In this document: positions 9,055 to 18,528 of the stretch, piece by piece
Layout of the letters: the number at the start of each line of letters is the position of its first letter
Numbering within the stretch: the first letter of the stretch is position 1
DNA from: an uncultured virus (IMG/VR IMGVR_UViG_3300013728_000001)
Lineage: Duplodnaviria > Heunggongvirae > Uroviricota > Caudoviricetes
Reading direction: 5' to 3' (one strand)
Length of the DNA stretch: 33,445 bases
Virus record (IMG/VR): IMGVR_UViG_3300013728_000001
The notes under the pieces: model-generated
Told to the model about the DNA's origin: nothing
The model's database searches: none
The model's input: the letters and a program-made list of their open reading frames with translations, nothing else
Made by a program: the position numbers and the translations under genes

Positions 9055-12000
9055 TTAGTCCCTCAGTAATTCGTTGAGCGCCGGATCGCTGATGCTCAGC
9101 GACGACGACTGGCGCGGCGCCGGCTGCGCGGTATTGACCACTTTATCCGGTGCTTCTTCGCCTTTTTTCTTGGTGACGCCCAGCAGCGCCTCCAGCTGCG
9201 TGCGCATGGCTTTCAGCTCTTTGAGCATGTCTGAATCCTGACCGGCGCTGTCGCCCTTCATCATCGGACGCATGCCGCTGGCGCCTAAATCAGTGACGTT
9301 CGGGATTTGTGCCGGGTGACTCAGCAGCGGCTGCTGCGGTGCGGAACGTGCCGGGGATGCGCTGCCGCCTGTAAAAAATGACTGGCCGGCGCTGGCCAGC
9401 GACTCTATGCCGCTGTCCAGAAAACCGCCCGCTTTGCTGGTGAGCGGTGACACGGCCCTGAGAATCCCCGGATCGGATATGCCTGCCTGACCCAGCACGC
9501 CGCTTATCATGTCGTTACCGCTGAAGCCCCCCAGCGTCTGGCTGAAAGTGTCGCCCAGGGCAGGCATGACGGCAGAGCCAACGGCTTTCACGCCATCCAT
9601 CGCGCCACCCATCATGCGATCAAAAAATCCGGCTTCTGCTGCAGGCTGCGCCGGTGCGCTGTCAGCCTCCATAGCCCTGTTGATGACCTGCTCTTTCGCC
9701 GCATTAACAACACTGCCGGACGTGGCAGAGTTCGGACGGACGCGGGCGCGGCCAAACGATGCGCCTGACGTAGCGACAGGACGTGAGCGGGTAGCAATCT
9801 GGCCCGGTGAAAGCGCCGCCATCTGCAGGCCAGCCGGGAGTGAATCGCCGGCAGGCAGCGAAAGCCCGCTGGTTGGACGGTTACGGGACAGCCCTTCCAC
9901 GCCCAGTGATTCAGCTGCGCCCTGTAACTTGCCGTCAGCCCATTGGTTGAGGCCTTTCACGCCGCCCCAGGCGGACGACGCACCCTGTTTGATTTTGTCG
10001 GTTAAGCCCGTGGCAGGTTTGTCTTTGTCAGATTTCGCGGTGGCTGCTGCAACCTGTGAGCCGGTTGGTGCAGCGGGCGCATTTACCACGACGGCAGGTG
10101 CCGCCTGGACGGGTGCGGCAGCGGGTGCCACTGCGCCAGGCGTTACTTTTACCTTGTCGCCGGCCGAATAAAGCGAATCGGCGGCAACGGGTGCCAGCCC
10201 CTGCTTTGTCCGCGCTTCGTTTACCGATTTCAGGGATTCATCACTGAATTTGCCCCCTACCCACTTACCGTTTTCATTGTGGCCAATGGCATTCATCATG
10301 AAGTCATTCGTCACCTGCGGGTTGCCGCCCTCGATGGTGGCAATACCCCGCATCATCTGCGTCATGACTTTGGGATCTTTGAGGTCAAGCTGCTGATTGC
10401 TTTTCACGCCCAGCTTTTTAGAGAGCGAATCGACGTAGTTGGATGTGTCATTTTCACTCTGCGGGGCATACAGCTTGATAATGTCCTCAACGGTATTGAG
10501 CTTCTTGTAACCTGCAGCTTTAGAGGTGCCTTCGGAATAGCTGGTGAGCTGGTTGGCCAGCGCCCTGAAACCTTCCTCCGGCGTGTTGAATTTCGCAAAG
10601 CGCGCCTCGCCTTTGGCGTTCTTCGCTTCCAGGCTTGCGCCCTCCTGCCCGACAAAATTCAGGTTGCCAAAATTGTTGTTGCGGAAGGATCGGGTTTTCG
10701 CGTTGGCGCCGCCGATGTTGAGATCCGCGCCGATGCTGTTTTTCGCCACGTCGGCATAGTCAGCCGTGCTTTTACCCTGCGCACCTACGCCATCCTCACC
10801 CCATGTGCCGCCCTGCAGCTGTGAGCCCAGCCGGTTGATCGCCGTAACGGTTTTTTCAGTTCCGTCCGTGATCGCTTTCGTCTGCTCAGCGCTGGTGCCG
10901 GTGAGCTTGTCATAGGCGCTGACGGCGCTGGTGGAAAACGAGGTGAACACGTCACCTACCTTGCTCAGCCCCGAATCCAGCCCCTTAGCCATATCCCCCG
11001 TATTAAACGTCAGCGCCTTAGCTGCGCCATCCATACCCAGCGCGCTTGCGCCCTTCGCCAGCAGCCCGGCGCCGCCCGACAGCAGCCCGCCCATGTTCAG
11101 CACGTTGGCAGCGGTGTATTCGCCTTTCTGTCTACTGCTGACAGCCTGATTCTCTTTCAGGCCAAACGCCTTTTTCTGGCCGTCGGTATCGTGAAAGCCT
11201 TCGTAGGCGTCCATTCCCGCACCTATTGCGGTACCCACCAGCGGGATCGCTTTCAGCGCGGTTTTTCCGGCGACCTTCCCGGCCACTTTGAGGCCACCTT
11301 TCTCAGCGGTTTGCTCAGCGGCGGCGGCGGCGGCTTTCTCAGATACAGCAATGCCCTCTTTGGCCGCAACCTTCCCGGCAGTGTCTGTCGCGACTTTAGT
11401 CCCTTCCTTTGCGGCGGCCTCGCCTGCTGCTTTCGTACTGGTGAGCACTGTTGCGCCGGTGGCCGCTGTTGCTGCTGCAGCGCCAGCGCCGGCAACGGTT
11501 GCCGCTTTTTTACCGCCTTTCAGGGCTTCCATTGCCTTTGTCAGCAGGCTTTTCTTTTTCGGCTCAGGCCGGGTTTTTTCCCCATGAGGCTTTTTCTTGC
11601 CGTCCGGCAGCAGATCGCCTGCGGTTTCAAGCGCCCCTGCAGCGGCAGTAACCGCACCACGCTTGCGCCCGCGGGAGCGTCGTTTACGCCTGCCGGGTAT
11701 GAGCGAGTCCAGCAGTCCGCCCTCTTTGCCACCCGACGCATGCGCGAGCTTTTTAATTTCGTCGCGCACGTCGCCCAGGCCGCTGATGATGCGATCGTCA
11801 TTAGCGGCGAGTATTTTGGTCTGCTCCTGCGTGACCTGTACGGCCTTTGCCTGCTGCGCGCTCTTATAGCCATCAGCTGATTTTGGCTTGCCGACGGCCG
11901 GCGGCTGCTTCGCTGCTGCGGTAACTGGCGGGTGCGTCACCGGCGGTTCTATTTTCAGCGCGGCGTTGCCTTCGGTTTTTCCCTGCATGAAGTTTTTCAG

Positions 12001-12882
12001 CGAGACGACGTTTTTACCGACTTCGGCGGAAATGTCGTACATGCCTTTACCCATCATCCAGAGCGGCCCCCCTGCGGCGGTACCGGCAATGTCTGTCCCT
12101 GATGACATGGCATCGCTGTTTGTTTCAGTAGCAGATTTCATCATGCTGGTTAGCGATCGGTAAAAGCCCTGCTGCTGCTTATGCTCGGCGCGACGGGCAT
12201 TTTTCTCCTGCTGCGCAGCCGATGCATCACCTGACTCAGTGCGCGATCTGAAGCGTCCGTTAGCGTCCCGGTTGGACTGCCCCCCAGCCTGCGGCTCAGA
12301 ATTTTTAGCCGCGGAATCACGGGCTGCAGGCGCACTGCTTCCTGCTAAATTTGTGCCGCTATTTATGCGCGTAATTCTATTTTTATGCCTTGATTGTTGC
12401 TTAATTTTTTCATTTTTTTGTCTTTCATTACGTCTAAATTCTGAAAGCGTTACTATATTGTCGTTATCAGACACATTAACGCGCGATTTTTTTACGGATG
12501 ATCTGACTTTTTTATCACCTGAATTTTCATTTTTGTGATTAATTTTCTCATTTGTATTATTTGTGGATTTTCTTCTCTCTTTTTTATCGTTTCCTGCGTC
12601 ATTTTTTGGCAGTTTTTTCTCATTTTCACTGTCTGAAGTCCGCTGTGAAAGGGATCGCCTTACTGTTAACCCGCCCGTGTCTTTACTGCTTTTTTCTGTT
12701 ATCTTTCCAGCATTATTCAGCAGGGCGCGCCTGATTATCGCCAGTTCTTTCAGTTCCTCGCGGCTGGCATGCTCTATGGCTGAAATTATTTGTGAAAATT
12801 CTTCTACGTTTTTCATTCCGATCCGCCCCGGCTCCTTTGCAGTTGGTCGATAAGCGTTTTGTTCATCTGGATTGCCCGCCAT
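9055..12882 (-). CDS. sit: Sit-like tape measure/injection protein with a putative muralytic domain
   Basis: 1275 aa, Ala/Gly-rich; IEHASREELKELA, RDANGRF and AGGPLW recall P1 Sit; RNNNFGNL...YAPQSENDT domain. ATG 12816 is an alternative start. Confidence 0.8.
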   Translation of the reverse strand: MAGNPDEQNAYRPTAKEPGRIGMKNVEEFSQIISAIEHASREELKELAIIRRALLNNAGKITEKSSKDTGGLTVRRSLSQRTSDSENEKKLPKNDAGNDKKERRKSTNNTNEKINHKNENSGDKKVRSSVKKSRVNVSDNDNIVTLSEFRRNERQKNEKIKQQSRHKNRITRINSGTNLAGSSAPAARDSAAKNSEPQAGGQSNRDANGRFRSRTESGDASAAQQEKNARRAEHKQQQGFYRSLTSMMKSATETNSDAMSSGTDIAGTAAGGPLWMMGKGMYDISAEVGKNVVSLKNFMQGKTEGNAALKIEPPVTHPPVTAAAKQPPAVGKPKSADGYKSAQQAKAVQVTQEQTKILAANDDRIISGLGDVRDEIKKLAHASGGKEGGLLDSLIPGRRKRRSRGRKRGAVTAAAGALETAGDLLPDGKKKPHGEKTRPEPKKKSLLTKAMEALKGGKKAATVAGAGAAAATAATGATVLTSTKAAGEAAAKEGTKVATDTAGKVAAKEGIAVSEKAAAAAAEQTAEKGGLKVAGKVAGKTALKAIPLVGTAIGAGMDAYEGFHDTDGQKKAFGLKENQAVSSRQKGEYTAANVLNMGGLLSGGAGLLAKGASALGMDGAAKALTFNTGDMAKGLDSGLSKVGDVFTSFSTSAVSAYDKLTGTSAEQTKAITDGTEKTVTAINRLGSQLQGGTWGEDGVGAQGKSTADYADVAKNSIGADLNIGGANAKTRSFRNNNFGNLNFVGQEGASLEAKNAKGEARFAKFNTPEEGFRALANQLTSYSEGTSKAAGYKKLNTVEDIIKLYAPQSENDTSNYVDSLSKKLGVKSNQQLDLKDPKVMTQMMRGIATIEGGNPQVTNDFMMNAIGHNENGKWVGGKFSDESLKSVNEARTKQGLAPVAADSLYSAGDKVKVTPGAVAPAAAPVQAAPAVVVNAPAAPTGSQVAAATAKSDKDKPATGLTDKIKQGASSAWGGVKGLNQWADGKLQGAAESLGVEGLSRNRPTSGLSLPAGDSLPAGLQMAALSPGQIATRSRPVATSGASFGRARVRPNSATSGSVVNAAKEQVINRAMEADSAPAQPAAEAGFFDRMMGGAMDGVKAVGSAVMPALGDTFSQTLGGFSGNDMISGVLGQAGISDPGILRAVSPLTSKAGGFLDSGIESLASAGQSFFTGGSASPARSAPQQPLLSHPAQIPNVTDLGASGMRPMMKGDSAGQDSDMLKELKAMRTQLEALLGVTKKKGEEAPDKVVNTAQPAPRQSSSLSISDPALNELLRD

Positions 12883-12936
12883 AGCGGCAGGGCATCCACG
12901 TCACTGACAGGCTGGCGCGCAACCAGCGTCAGGTTG

Positions 12937-13755
12937 TCAATGATGGTTAGCCATCCACTGAGTTGAAAATTTCGGAATAAATAATCCAGAACGAAAGGGG
13001 ATAAACAGTTGAGTGGTGTTCATCTGCATGCCCTCCTTTTCGCATGGTGTTGGCGGAAGCAGCAGGCGCACCTGACCCTGTGTGATCTGCATGCGCAGAC
13101 CGTGACGCAGGTTTCTCTGCATCAGCTGGATATGCGCCACCAGTGGTGCAAACTCCAGATCGGGAACCATGTTTTCCATAATGTCGAAGCGACGGTTTGC
13201 GGCAGCTTCAAAATCCTCCGGATCATCATCCAGCGCGGTGCAAAGCGCGAACTCAGCAATGCGCATGCGTACAAGCGCTGCCTCATACTCCGGCGCGTCT
13301 GCATCCGGCAGGCTCACGCGCAGGCGCTCCAGCATCTCCTGACCGCGCCCGGTAAGCGGCTTTAGCGTCCAGTTGGTTGCCACGCCGTTGACCGGCACGC
13401 TCACGCGCTCGTATGGCTCAATGGTCAGCAGCTCGACGGTTTCCGCCAGGTCTGACAGGTCAAAGTCGTAGGTATGCACTTCGCGGCAGTGTTCGCAGGT
13501 ATAGTGAAACGCCTCAAGGTTATCTGCGCGGCTGTTAATCATGATCCACCAGAGCGCGGTGCGCCGTTCCTGCGCAGTCCAGTCGCGGCTGTCGCTCAGC
13601 GGGCCTTCCTGCAGGTGATTGAGGTATTCAGTGACGCGGCGTTCGTCACTGATTTCATCCGGCGTGCTGTATCTGAGCGCGTCTTTCATGACCGGCTGGC
13701 GAAACTGGATTTCGGTACCGGGACGCGAGGCCAGGGGAAGCGGAGGAATATTCAC
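12937..13755 (-). CDS. pmgB: PmgB-like morphogenesis protein (tail/baseplate assembly)
   Basis: 272 aa; PLPLASRPGTEIQFRQP, WTAQERRTALWWI and a CEHC motif; synteny. Confidence 0.75.
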   Translation of the reverse strand: MNIPPLPLASRPGTEIQFRQPVMKDALRYSTPDEISDERRVTEYLNHLQEGPLSDSRDWTAQERRTALWWIMINSRADNLEAFHYTCEHCREVHTYDFDLSDLAETVELLTIEPYERVSVPVNGVATNWTLKPLTGRGQEMLERLRVSLPDADAPEYEAALVRMRIAEFALCTALDDDPEDFEAAANRRFDIMENMVPDLEFAPLVAHIQLMQRNLRHGLRMQITQGQVRLLLPPTPCEKEGMQMNTTQLFIPFRSGLFIPKFSTQWMANHH

Positions 13756-13766
13756 GGCAGTGTCCT

Positions 13767-14489
13767 TCAGAATTTAATGAGGTTTGATGCGGACGATTGA
13801 ACCTGGTTTGTAATTCCCCCGGTTAATCCTTTTACCAATCCGTTTAATGCGCCGCCGGCGCTGGTGTACTTCACAAAGGTCACAGGGAAGGTGGCAAACT
13901 CGCCCACGGCATCGCGCGCGCGGGAAATTTCGCCAATCGTGGTAATGAAGCCCTTCATTTCCTCTTCCATAGAAGTCTGGCCATCCTGCGTAACCCGGAA
14001 AATTCGTACGTTCAACAGGTAGGAAGGAGGGAGATTAAAGGTGCCGTCGCCGTTGGATATGCGCGCCCGCTTCTCTTTAAACTTCTGCAGCAGTTCGCCG
14101 CTTTCGTTGTCGCGGAGCGTCATGGTGACAGAGCCCGCCGTAACGTGGGTTGGCTTCACGAACTCCACGCCGCCAATCAGCTTGCTCTCGGTCTCCACGT
14201 TGTTAGCGCTGTAAGTGATATCTTTCACGTACATATCCACGCGCGAGAAGCCGTCTATTTCGATGTTCCATTGCCAGCCTTGCGCGTAGCGAATGCGCAT
14301 CGCCATTTCCAGAATGGCTTTAGCACTGGAGAGCTCAGGCGGCAGGCCTGCATAAGACGCGCCACCGCCGCCGCTCATGTTTGAGGAGGCACGCGCCAGA
14401 ATGTTTGATATCAGGCTACTGCCAGCCTGTCTGGCCATACTGGAAGCCAGGCCTTTGATGTTCCCGGCCAGCCCGTCAAAAAAGCTCAT
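13767..14489 (-). CDS. tub: Tub-like tail tube/tube-initiator protein
   Basis: 240 aa; YAQGWQWNIEIDG, KDITY and NGDGTFNLPPSYLL motifs; synteny pmgC-tub-pmgB. Confidence 0.75.
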   Translation of the reverse strand: MSFFDGLAGNIKGLASSMARQAGSSLISNILARASSNMSGGGGASYAGLPPELSSAKAILEMAMRIRYAQGWQWNIEIDGFSRVDMYVKDITYSANNVETESKLIGGVEFVKPTHVTAGSVTMTLRDNESGELLQKFKEKRARISNGDGTFNLPPSYLLNVRIFRVTQDGQTSMEEEMKGFITTIGEISRARDAVGEFATFPVTFVKYTSAGGALNGLVKGLTGGITNQVQSSASNLIKF

Positions 14490-14498
14490 GCAGTCTCC

Positions 14499-15050
14499 TT
14501 ACCAGGAACTCATTGCGGGGATAATTGCCCGGTTAGCGGAGATCTGCGCTTCCAGATCGGTTTTGCGCTGGTGCAACGTGGCTTCATCCGGCAGAAACGT
14601 TGCATCAAACTTTCCGGCGATGTGCAGCCGGCGCAGGCGCTCCACGTTAGGAATCGCTATCAGCGCTTCAAGGTAATCTTCAATCAGCCCGGTAATGTCC
14701 GGCGGCAGCGTCGCCACGTCATAATCGCAGTCGCGGATATTGCGAAAGTAGAGCAGGGTGAGCGGCCATTTTTCGCGGCCAGTCAGCTCAAGCTCTATGG
14801 TGGATTCCCAGGGATCGGCGTATACCAGCGCGCCATTGAAGTCGTTCACGTTTACCAGCGAGAGGTAATCAGACGGAAACGGGAGGCTTGCGCCCCCCGT
14901 TTTTTCAATGCGTATGCGACCGGTTACGCCGGCCCGATCCTGATAGACGCCCAGTGCCTGGCGGAGAAGGCTTTGCAGTAGCGGTGCCTCGTCCACCAGC
15001 AGCGTCGTGAAGCGCGTTTTTACGGCTTCAAGCAGTTCGGCCGGCGTCAT
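14499..15050 (-). CDS. pmgC: PmgC-like head-tail adaptor protein
   Basis: 183 aa; MTPAELLEAVKTRF, LLRQALGVYQDRAG and DYLEALIAIPN motifs; synteny. Confidence 0.7.
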   Translation of the reverse strand: MTPAELLEAVKTRFTTLLVDEAPLLQSLLRQALGVYQDRAGVTGRIRIEKTGGASLPFPSDYLSLVNVNDFNGALVYADPWESTIELELTGREKWPLTLLYFRNIRDCDYDVATLPPDITGLIEDYLEALIAIPNVERLRRLHIAGKFDATFLPDEATLHQRKTDLEAQISANRAIIPAMSSW

Positions 15051-15052
15051 GA

Positions 15053-15544
15053 TTATTCAGCCCAGTTGTACACAACGCGCAGCGGCAGCTTGACGGCTGC
15101 AGTCGTGTCCTCGGAGCCAAAATCCACGGCGTCTGAGTAGATTTTGCAGTGCAGGTAGTTGCGCGTCAGGCCAGCGTCAGCGCCGCTGTTTGACTCGGCG
15201 GCGGCGGCAAAGGTGAGATCCAGATACTCTTTGTTGAGTACCATCTTGCGGACGGCTGCAAAGACGTCGCCCTTAATGGTTTCAACGCAGGTCATCTGGA
15301 ACTCGCCGGAGTTTTTCAGTACGCCGTGCTGGTTAAACTTCATGCCGCCTGGCGCAACGTCCTCAACGTCCTCGCGCGCCATTTCAGGCAGCTGAGTTGT
15401 GCGGACCAGAATGGACAGATTCGGGTAACCCTTAACGGTCATCCAGTATTCGGAGCCGATAAGTTTTTCACCGGCGGCAAGGTTCTGGTTAAAGCGTTTT
15501 TTCAGAAATGCCACGTCGGGTTTTGTATTTGAAAAGCCGGACAT
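15053..15544 (-). CDS. bplB: BplB-like tail tube protein
   Basis: 163 aa; LVRTTQLPEMAREDVED, FNQHG.LKNSGE and VVYNWAE fit a T4 gp19-like tube pattern. Confidence 0.75.
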   Translation of the reverse strand: MSGFSNTKPDVAFLKKRFNQNLAAGEKLIGSEYWMTVKGYPNLSILVRTTQLPEMAREDVEDVAPGGMKFNQHGVLKNSGEFQMTCVETIKGDVFAAVRKMVLNKEYLDLTFAAAAESNSGADAGLTRNYLHCKIYSDAVDFGSEDTTAAVKLPLRVVYNWAE

Positions 15545-15554
15545 AAATTGTTCC

Positions 15555-16145
15555 TCAGATAAACATAAATGGAATATCAGACTGGTTCTGGACGCTCTGG
15601 CCGGAGCACTGCAACGTAACGGTGTTGTGCGTGTAATACCCCTCAGCGGTGCGGGGCGCGTCCAGCTGGTAGCTGACGCTTTTGATCACAACGTCCATGA
15701 TTTTCAGGCGGCGACCGACATCCAGAATGACGGGGAGAGGACGGCGACCGCCGGGGAGGGCGGCGTTCAGCTCAGGCGAAGCCATCTGCTGAAGCGCCAT
15801 GATTGCGTCCATAACTTCGACCTTCGCGTTCACGGTGGCCATCAGGTCTACTACGATGCTGAACTCTGGCGGCTGCTGGCCTTCCCAGATAAGCAGGGAG
15901 TTGAATTCTGATTTTGAGGTATTTCCGGTTGCCGCCTGCGCGCCGCTCGCCAGCTTGCCCGCTGCCGTGCTGACCGCGCCGGCAACGCCGCCAAGTGAGT
16001 CATTGGAAAAAGGAGATTCCCACATGGATTCGAGACTGGCGCTCGATCCTTCCCCGATATAGCCCACGACCATCGCCGTCTGAGACGTGATGTAGAGCTT
16101 CAGGAATGGGCTTACCCCGTCCGGCATGATTGCACCGCAGATCAT
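15555..16145 (-). CDS. pmgG: PmgG-like tail tube/baseplate protein
   Basis: 196 aa; DGVSPFLK, VVGYIGEGS, WESPF and LQQMASPEL motifs; synteny 21-pmgG-bplB. Confidence 0.75.
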   Translation of the reverse strand: MICGAIMPDGVSPFLKLYITSQTAMVVGYIGEGSSASLESMWESPFSNDSLGGVAGAVSTAAGKLASGAQAATGNTSKSEFNSLLIWEGQQPPEFSIVVDLMATVNAKVEVMDAIMALQQMASPELNAALPGGRRPLPVILDVGRRLKIMDVVIKSVSYQLDAPRTAEGYYTHNTVTLQCSGQSVQNQSDIPFMFI

Positions 16146-16160
16146 CGCGCTATCCTCATT

Positions 16161-16182
16161 GCCGCCGGCGTTAACCGGCGGC
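16161..16182. other. GC-rich intergenic hairpin between gene 21 and pmgG
   Basis: GCCGCCGG-CGTTAA-CCGGCGGC; no clear U-tract. Confidence 0.5.
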
Positions 16183-16188
16183 TATCCC

Positions 16189-16893
16189 TTACAGACCGCG
16201 CTTTTTGCGCAGCTTCATCGACTTCTTACGGTGCGCGTTCGCCATTGAGCTGTGCGCCTTCATACGGGCTTTTTTGAGCGCCTGCTTCTGCAGAGACGTC
16301 ATGCGGCGCTTCTTCGGACGCTTACGGATAAGCGTTACCACGCCATCGCGCACGGCTTTGAACGTGGCTGACTCAAGCATGGCTTCGCCACCTTTGCCGC
16401 CGGCAACGGTGTAGTCAGCAATGGCTTCGTCGTCGTCGCTCAGACCGGAAAGCGCCTCGAATACGTTCTCAGCAGCGCTGTCGTCGTCGTCGTCGATCAT
16501 GCTGGTGATATCATCCTGATCTGCACCCAGTGCAACGGCAGCGTTAGCCAGCTGGCCCAGCGCGTCGTTAAACTGATCTACCTGGTCATCAGTCAGATCG
16601 TCGTCCTCTGCAATGCCATCCAGACCGGCCAGCACCAGCGCCAGCGCTTCAAAACTTTCAGCGTCGGCTTCGCCGTCGGCAATCCAGCCCGCCAGCAGGG
16701 ACGCTGCAACAGAGCGGGCATCCTCACCGGCGCGACGCTCCACGGCTTCAAACATCGCCATGATGCGCGACTCTGCCGCTTTTTCGTCGTTGACGCTTTC
16801 CGCCATAAAGTTCTGTTTAGCAGGCTCTGCTGCCGGCGCGGCAAACGCTGCACCCAGGAGGCCATGAGACTTGTGGTTAAAAATGTTGTTCAT
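16189..16893 (-). CDS. P1 gp21-like morphogenesis protein
   Basis: 234 aa, acidic body with a very basic C-terminal tail; directly after the sheath gene. Confidence 0.75.
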   Translation of the reverse strand: MNNIFNHKSHGLLGAAFAAPAAEPAKQNFMAESVNDEKAAESRIMAMFEAVERRAGEDARSVAASLLAGWIADGEADAESFEALALVLAGLDGIAEDDDLTDDQVDQFNDALGQLANAAVALGADQDDITSMIDDDDDSAAENVFEALSGLSDDDEAIADYTVAGGKGGEAMLESATFKAVRDGVVTLIRKRPKKRRMTSLQKQALKKARMKAHSSMANAHRKKSMKLRKKRGL

Positions 16894-16904
16894 AATTTCC
16901 TCTG

Positions 16905-18482
16905 TTAGCGGAGCAGGGTTGGCTTACCGACGATGCGGCGTGAAGAACCGGTAGGGCAGACAGACCAGGTGGCTTCCCACAGGTCGATATCTTTCTGCAC
17001 AACGGCGATGACAAACGGCTCGGTACCCTGCGTGGCGTCACGCGGCTTAACCAGTGCCTCAGCGGCAACGAAGCGCTCCAGAACGTCTTTCAGGCCATCC
17101 GTGAGGCCTTTAAAGGTGATACCGTCCGGCTCATGCTTGAGCGCTTCCGCCACGTCGTAAAAACTGCGCGCGATTGCGTTCATCAGTGAACTGATGTGCT
17201 GCAGGCGCAGGTAGTTGTTTTTGGCGAAGGTGGTCAGGGAATCGTCAATGTACATATTCCCGTTCTTGTCCAGGCTGACCGGGTTAATACGCGCATTTAC
17301 AAAGGCTTCACGGTCGATTTCATCCAGGCTCGGGATCGGCTTGATGTTCTGGCGTCCGATAATGGCGCGCGACACGCCTGCCGGCGCGTAGTGCCAGCCG
17401 CCGACGTCAGAGACCAGCGCAACGCCTTTCGCTTTCGCCACAAACGCATCGCAGGAGATCCCCCAGCTGACGTTGGTACCGGTAAACGCATCGCGTGCGG
17501 TGTATGGCCAGTAGTAACGCGCCGCCTGATGCGAACCGCCGAAACTATGGCTCTGCGCCTCGGCAATAGCGGCGGCTGACAGCTGCGCCCCGTGGATGTC
17601 GTAAAACATATCGGTACGGGTATCTTCGGCCAGCTTCACCAGCGCGGCGAGGATAGTCGGGTCATAGCAGCCCAGCGACAGAACAGCGGTCCAGGTGAAC
17701 ATTGACTTGCGCAGCACGGTCAGCGCTTTGGAATAATCCGCGGTTGCGATAGCAGACAGATCGCCGTCGGTACCGCCGCTGAACTGCATATCTTCAAAGC
17801 CTTCGGTGATCTGCAGCATCTGCGTTTCAACGTCGTCAGCCACAACAGCACGCAGGCGGGTAGAGCCGTTTTCCAGCGCGGTAGGCAGAAACGCCGGTGA
17901 TCCCATGTCGCTGGTGGCGTCCGGATTAAAGGAGATCTGGTGTGACTCCAGCTGCGTTTCACCGCCAGCCGCATCAACCTGCTTCAGCGTCAGGATGTAG
18001 AAGCCCGGAGCGGTTTTATCCGCCTCCATGCTCAGCGTGCGGTCTGCAGAGGCGTCGCCGTCCTCGATGTAAATCATGGCCGCAGCGCCAGCCGCCAGAA
18101 CCGGATCGGTTCCCGGCGCGAAGTTGGTGGCAACCACGCTCAGCTCCTGCATGGTGGTATCAGCAGTCAGTGACAGGGCGGGGATCTTCATTCCCGGCGC
18201 CGGCACGCGTACCACATAACCGTCGCCGCCGTTTACCGCCGTTGCAACGTGGCGCAGAGGTTCAAAGGCCGCGCCGCTGCGCGGGTGAATAGGCGCGCCC
18301 AGCACCGCCTGAAAGTTGTCAGCCGTAACGCGCAGTACGGAGCCGATTTTACCGCGGCGGGAAATGACCAGGCCTGCAAAGACGGACGCGCCGCCGGATG
18401 TGACCGACGTCGTTGCGTCAGCATTGACTTCGCTTATGCCGACGCCAGCCGCCTGGCCTACTGCAAAAGGGATCTTATTCAT
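16905..18482 (-). CDS. Contractile tail sheath protein (P1 gp22-like)
   Basis: 525 aa; FSGGTDGD, GGWHYAPAG.SRA, ARINPV and IDDSLT...NYLR are sheath motifs. Confidence 0.9.
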   Translation of the reverse strand: MNKIPFAVGQAAGVGISEVNADATTSVTSGGASVFAGLVISRRGKIGSVLRVTADNFQAVLGAPIHPRSGAAFEPLRHVATAVNGGDGYVVRVPAPGMKIPALSLTADTTMQELSVVATNFAPGTDPVLAAGAAAMIYIEDGDASADRTLSMEADKTAPGFYILTLKQVDAAGGETQLESHQISFNPDATSDMGSPAFLPTALENGSTRLRAVVADDVETQMLQITEGFEDMQFSGGTDGDLSAIATADYSKALTVLRKSMFTWTAVLSLGCYDPTILAALVKLAEDTRTDMFYDIHGAQLSAAAIAEAQSHSFGGSHQAARYYWPYTARDAFTGTNVSWGISCDAFVAKAKGVALVSDVGGWHYAPAGVSRAIIGRQNIKPIPSLDEIDREAFVNARINPVSLDKNGNMYIDDSLTTFAKNNYLRLQHISSLMNAIARSFYDVAEALKHEPDGITFKGLTDGLKDVLERFVAAEALVKPRDATQGTEPFVIAVVQKDIDLWEATWSVCPTGSSRRIVGKPTLLR

Positions 18483-18500
18483 GTGATATTTCCATGAAAT

Positions 18501-18517
18501 GCCCCCTTAACGGGGGC
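18501..18517 (-). terminator. Hairpin after the capsid gene (partial terminator or mRNA stabiliser)
   Basis: GCCCCC-TTAAC-GGGGGC, followed on the minus strand by ATTT. Confidence 0.55.
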
Positions 18518-18528
18518 GTTAAAGGGGA

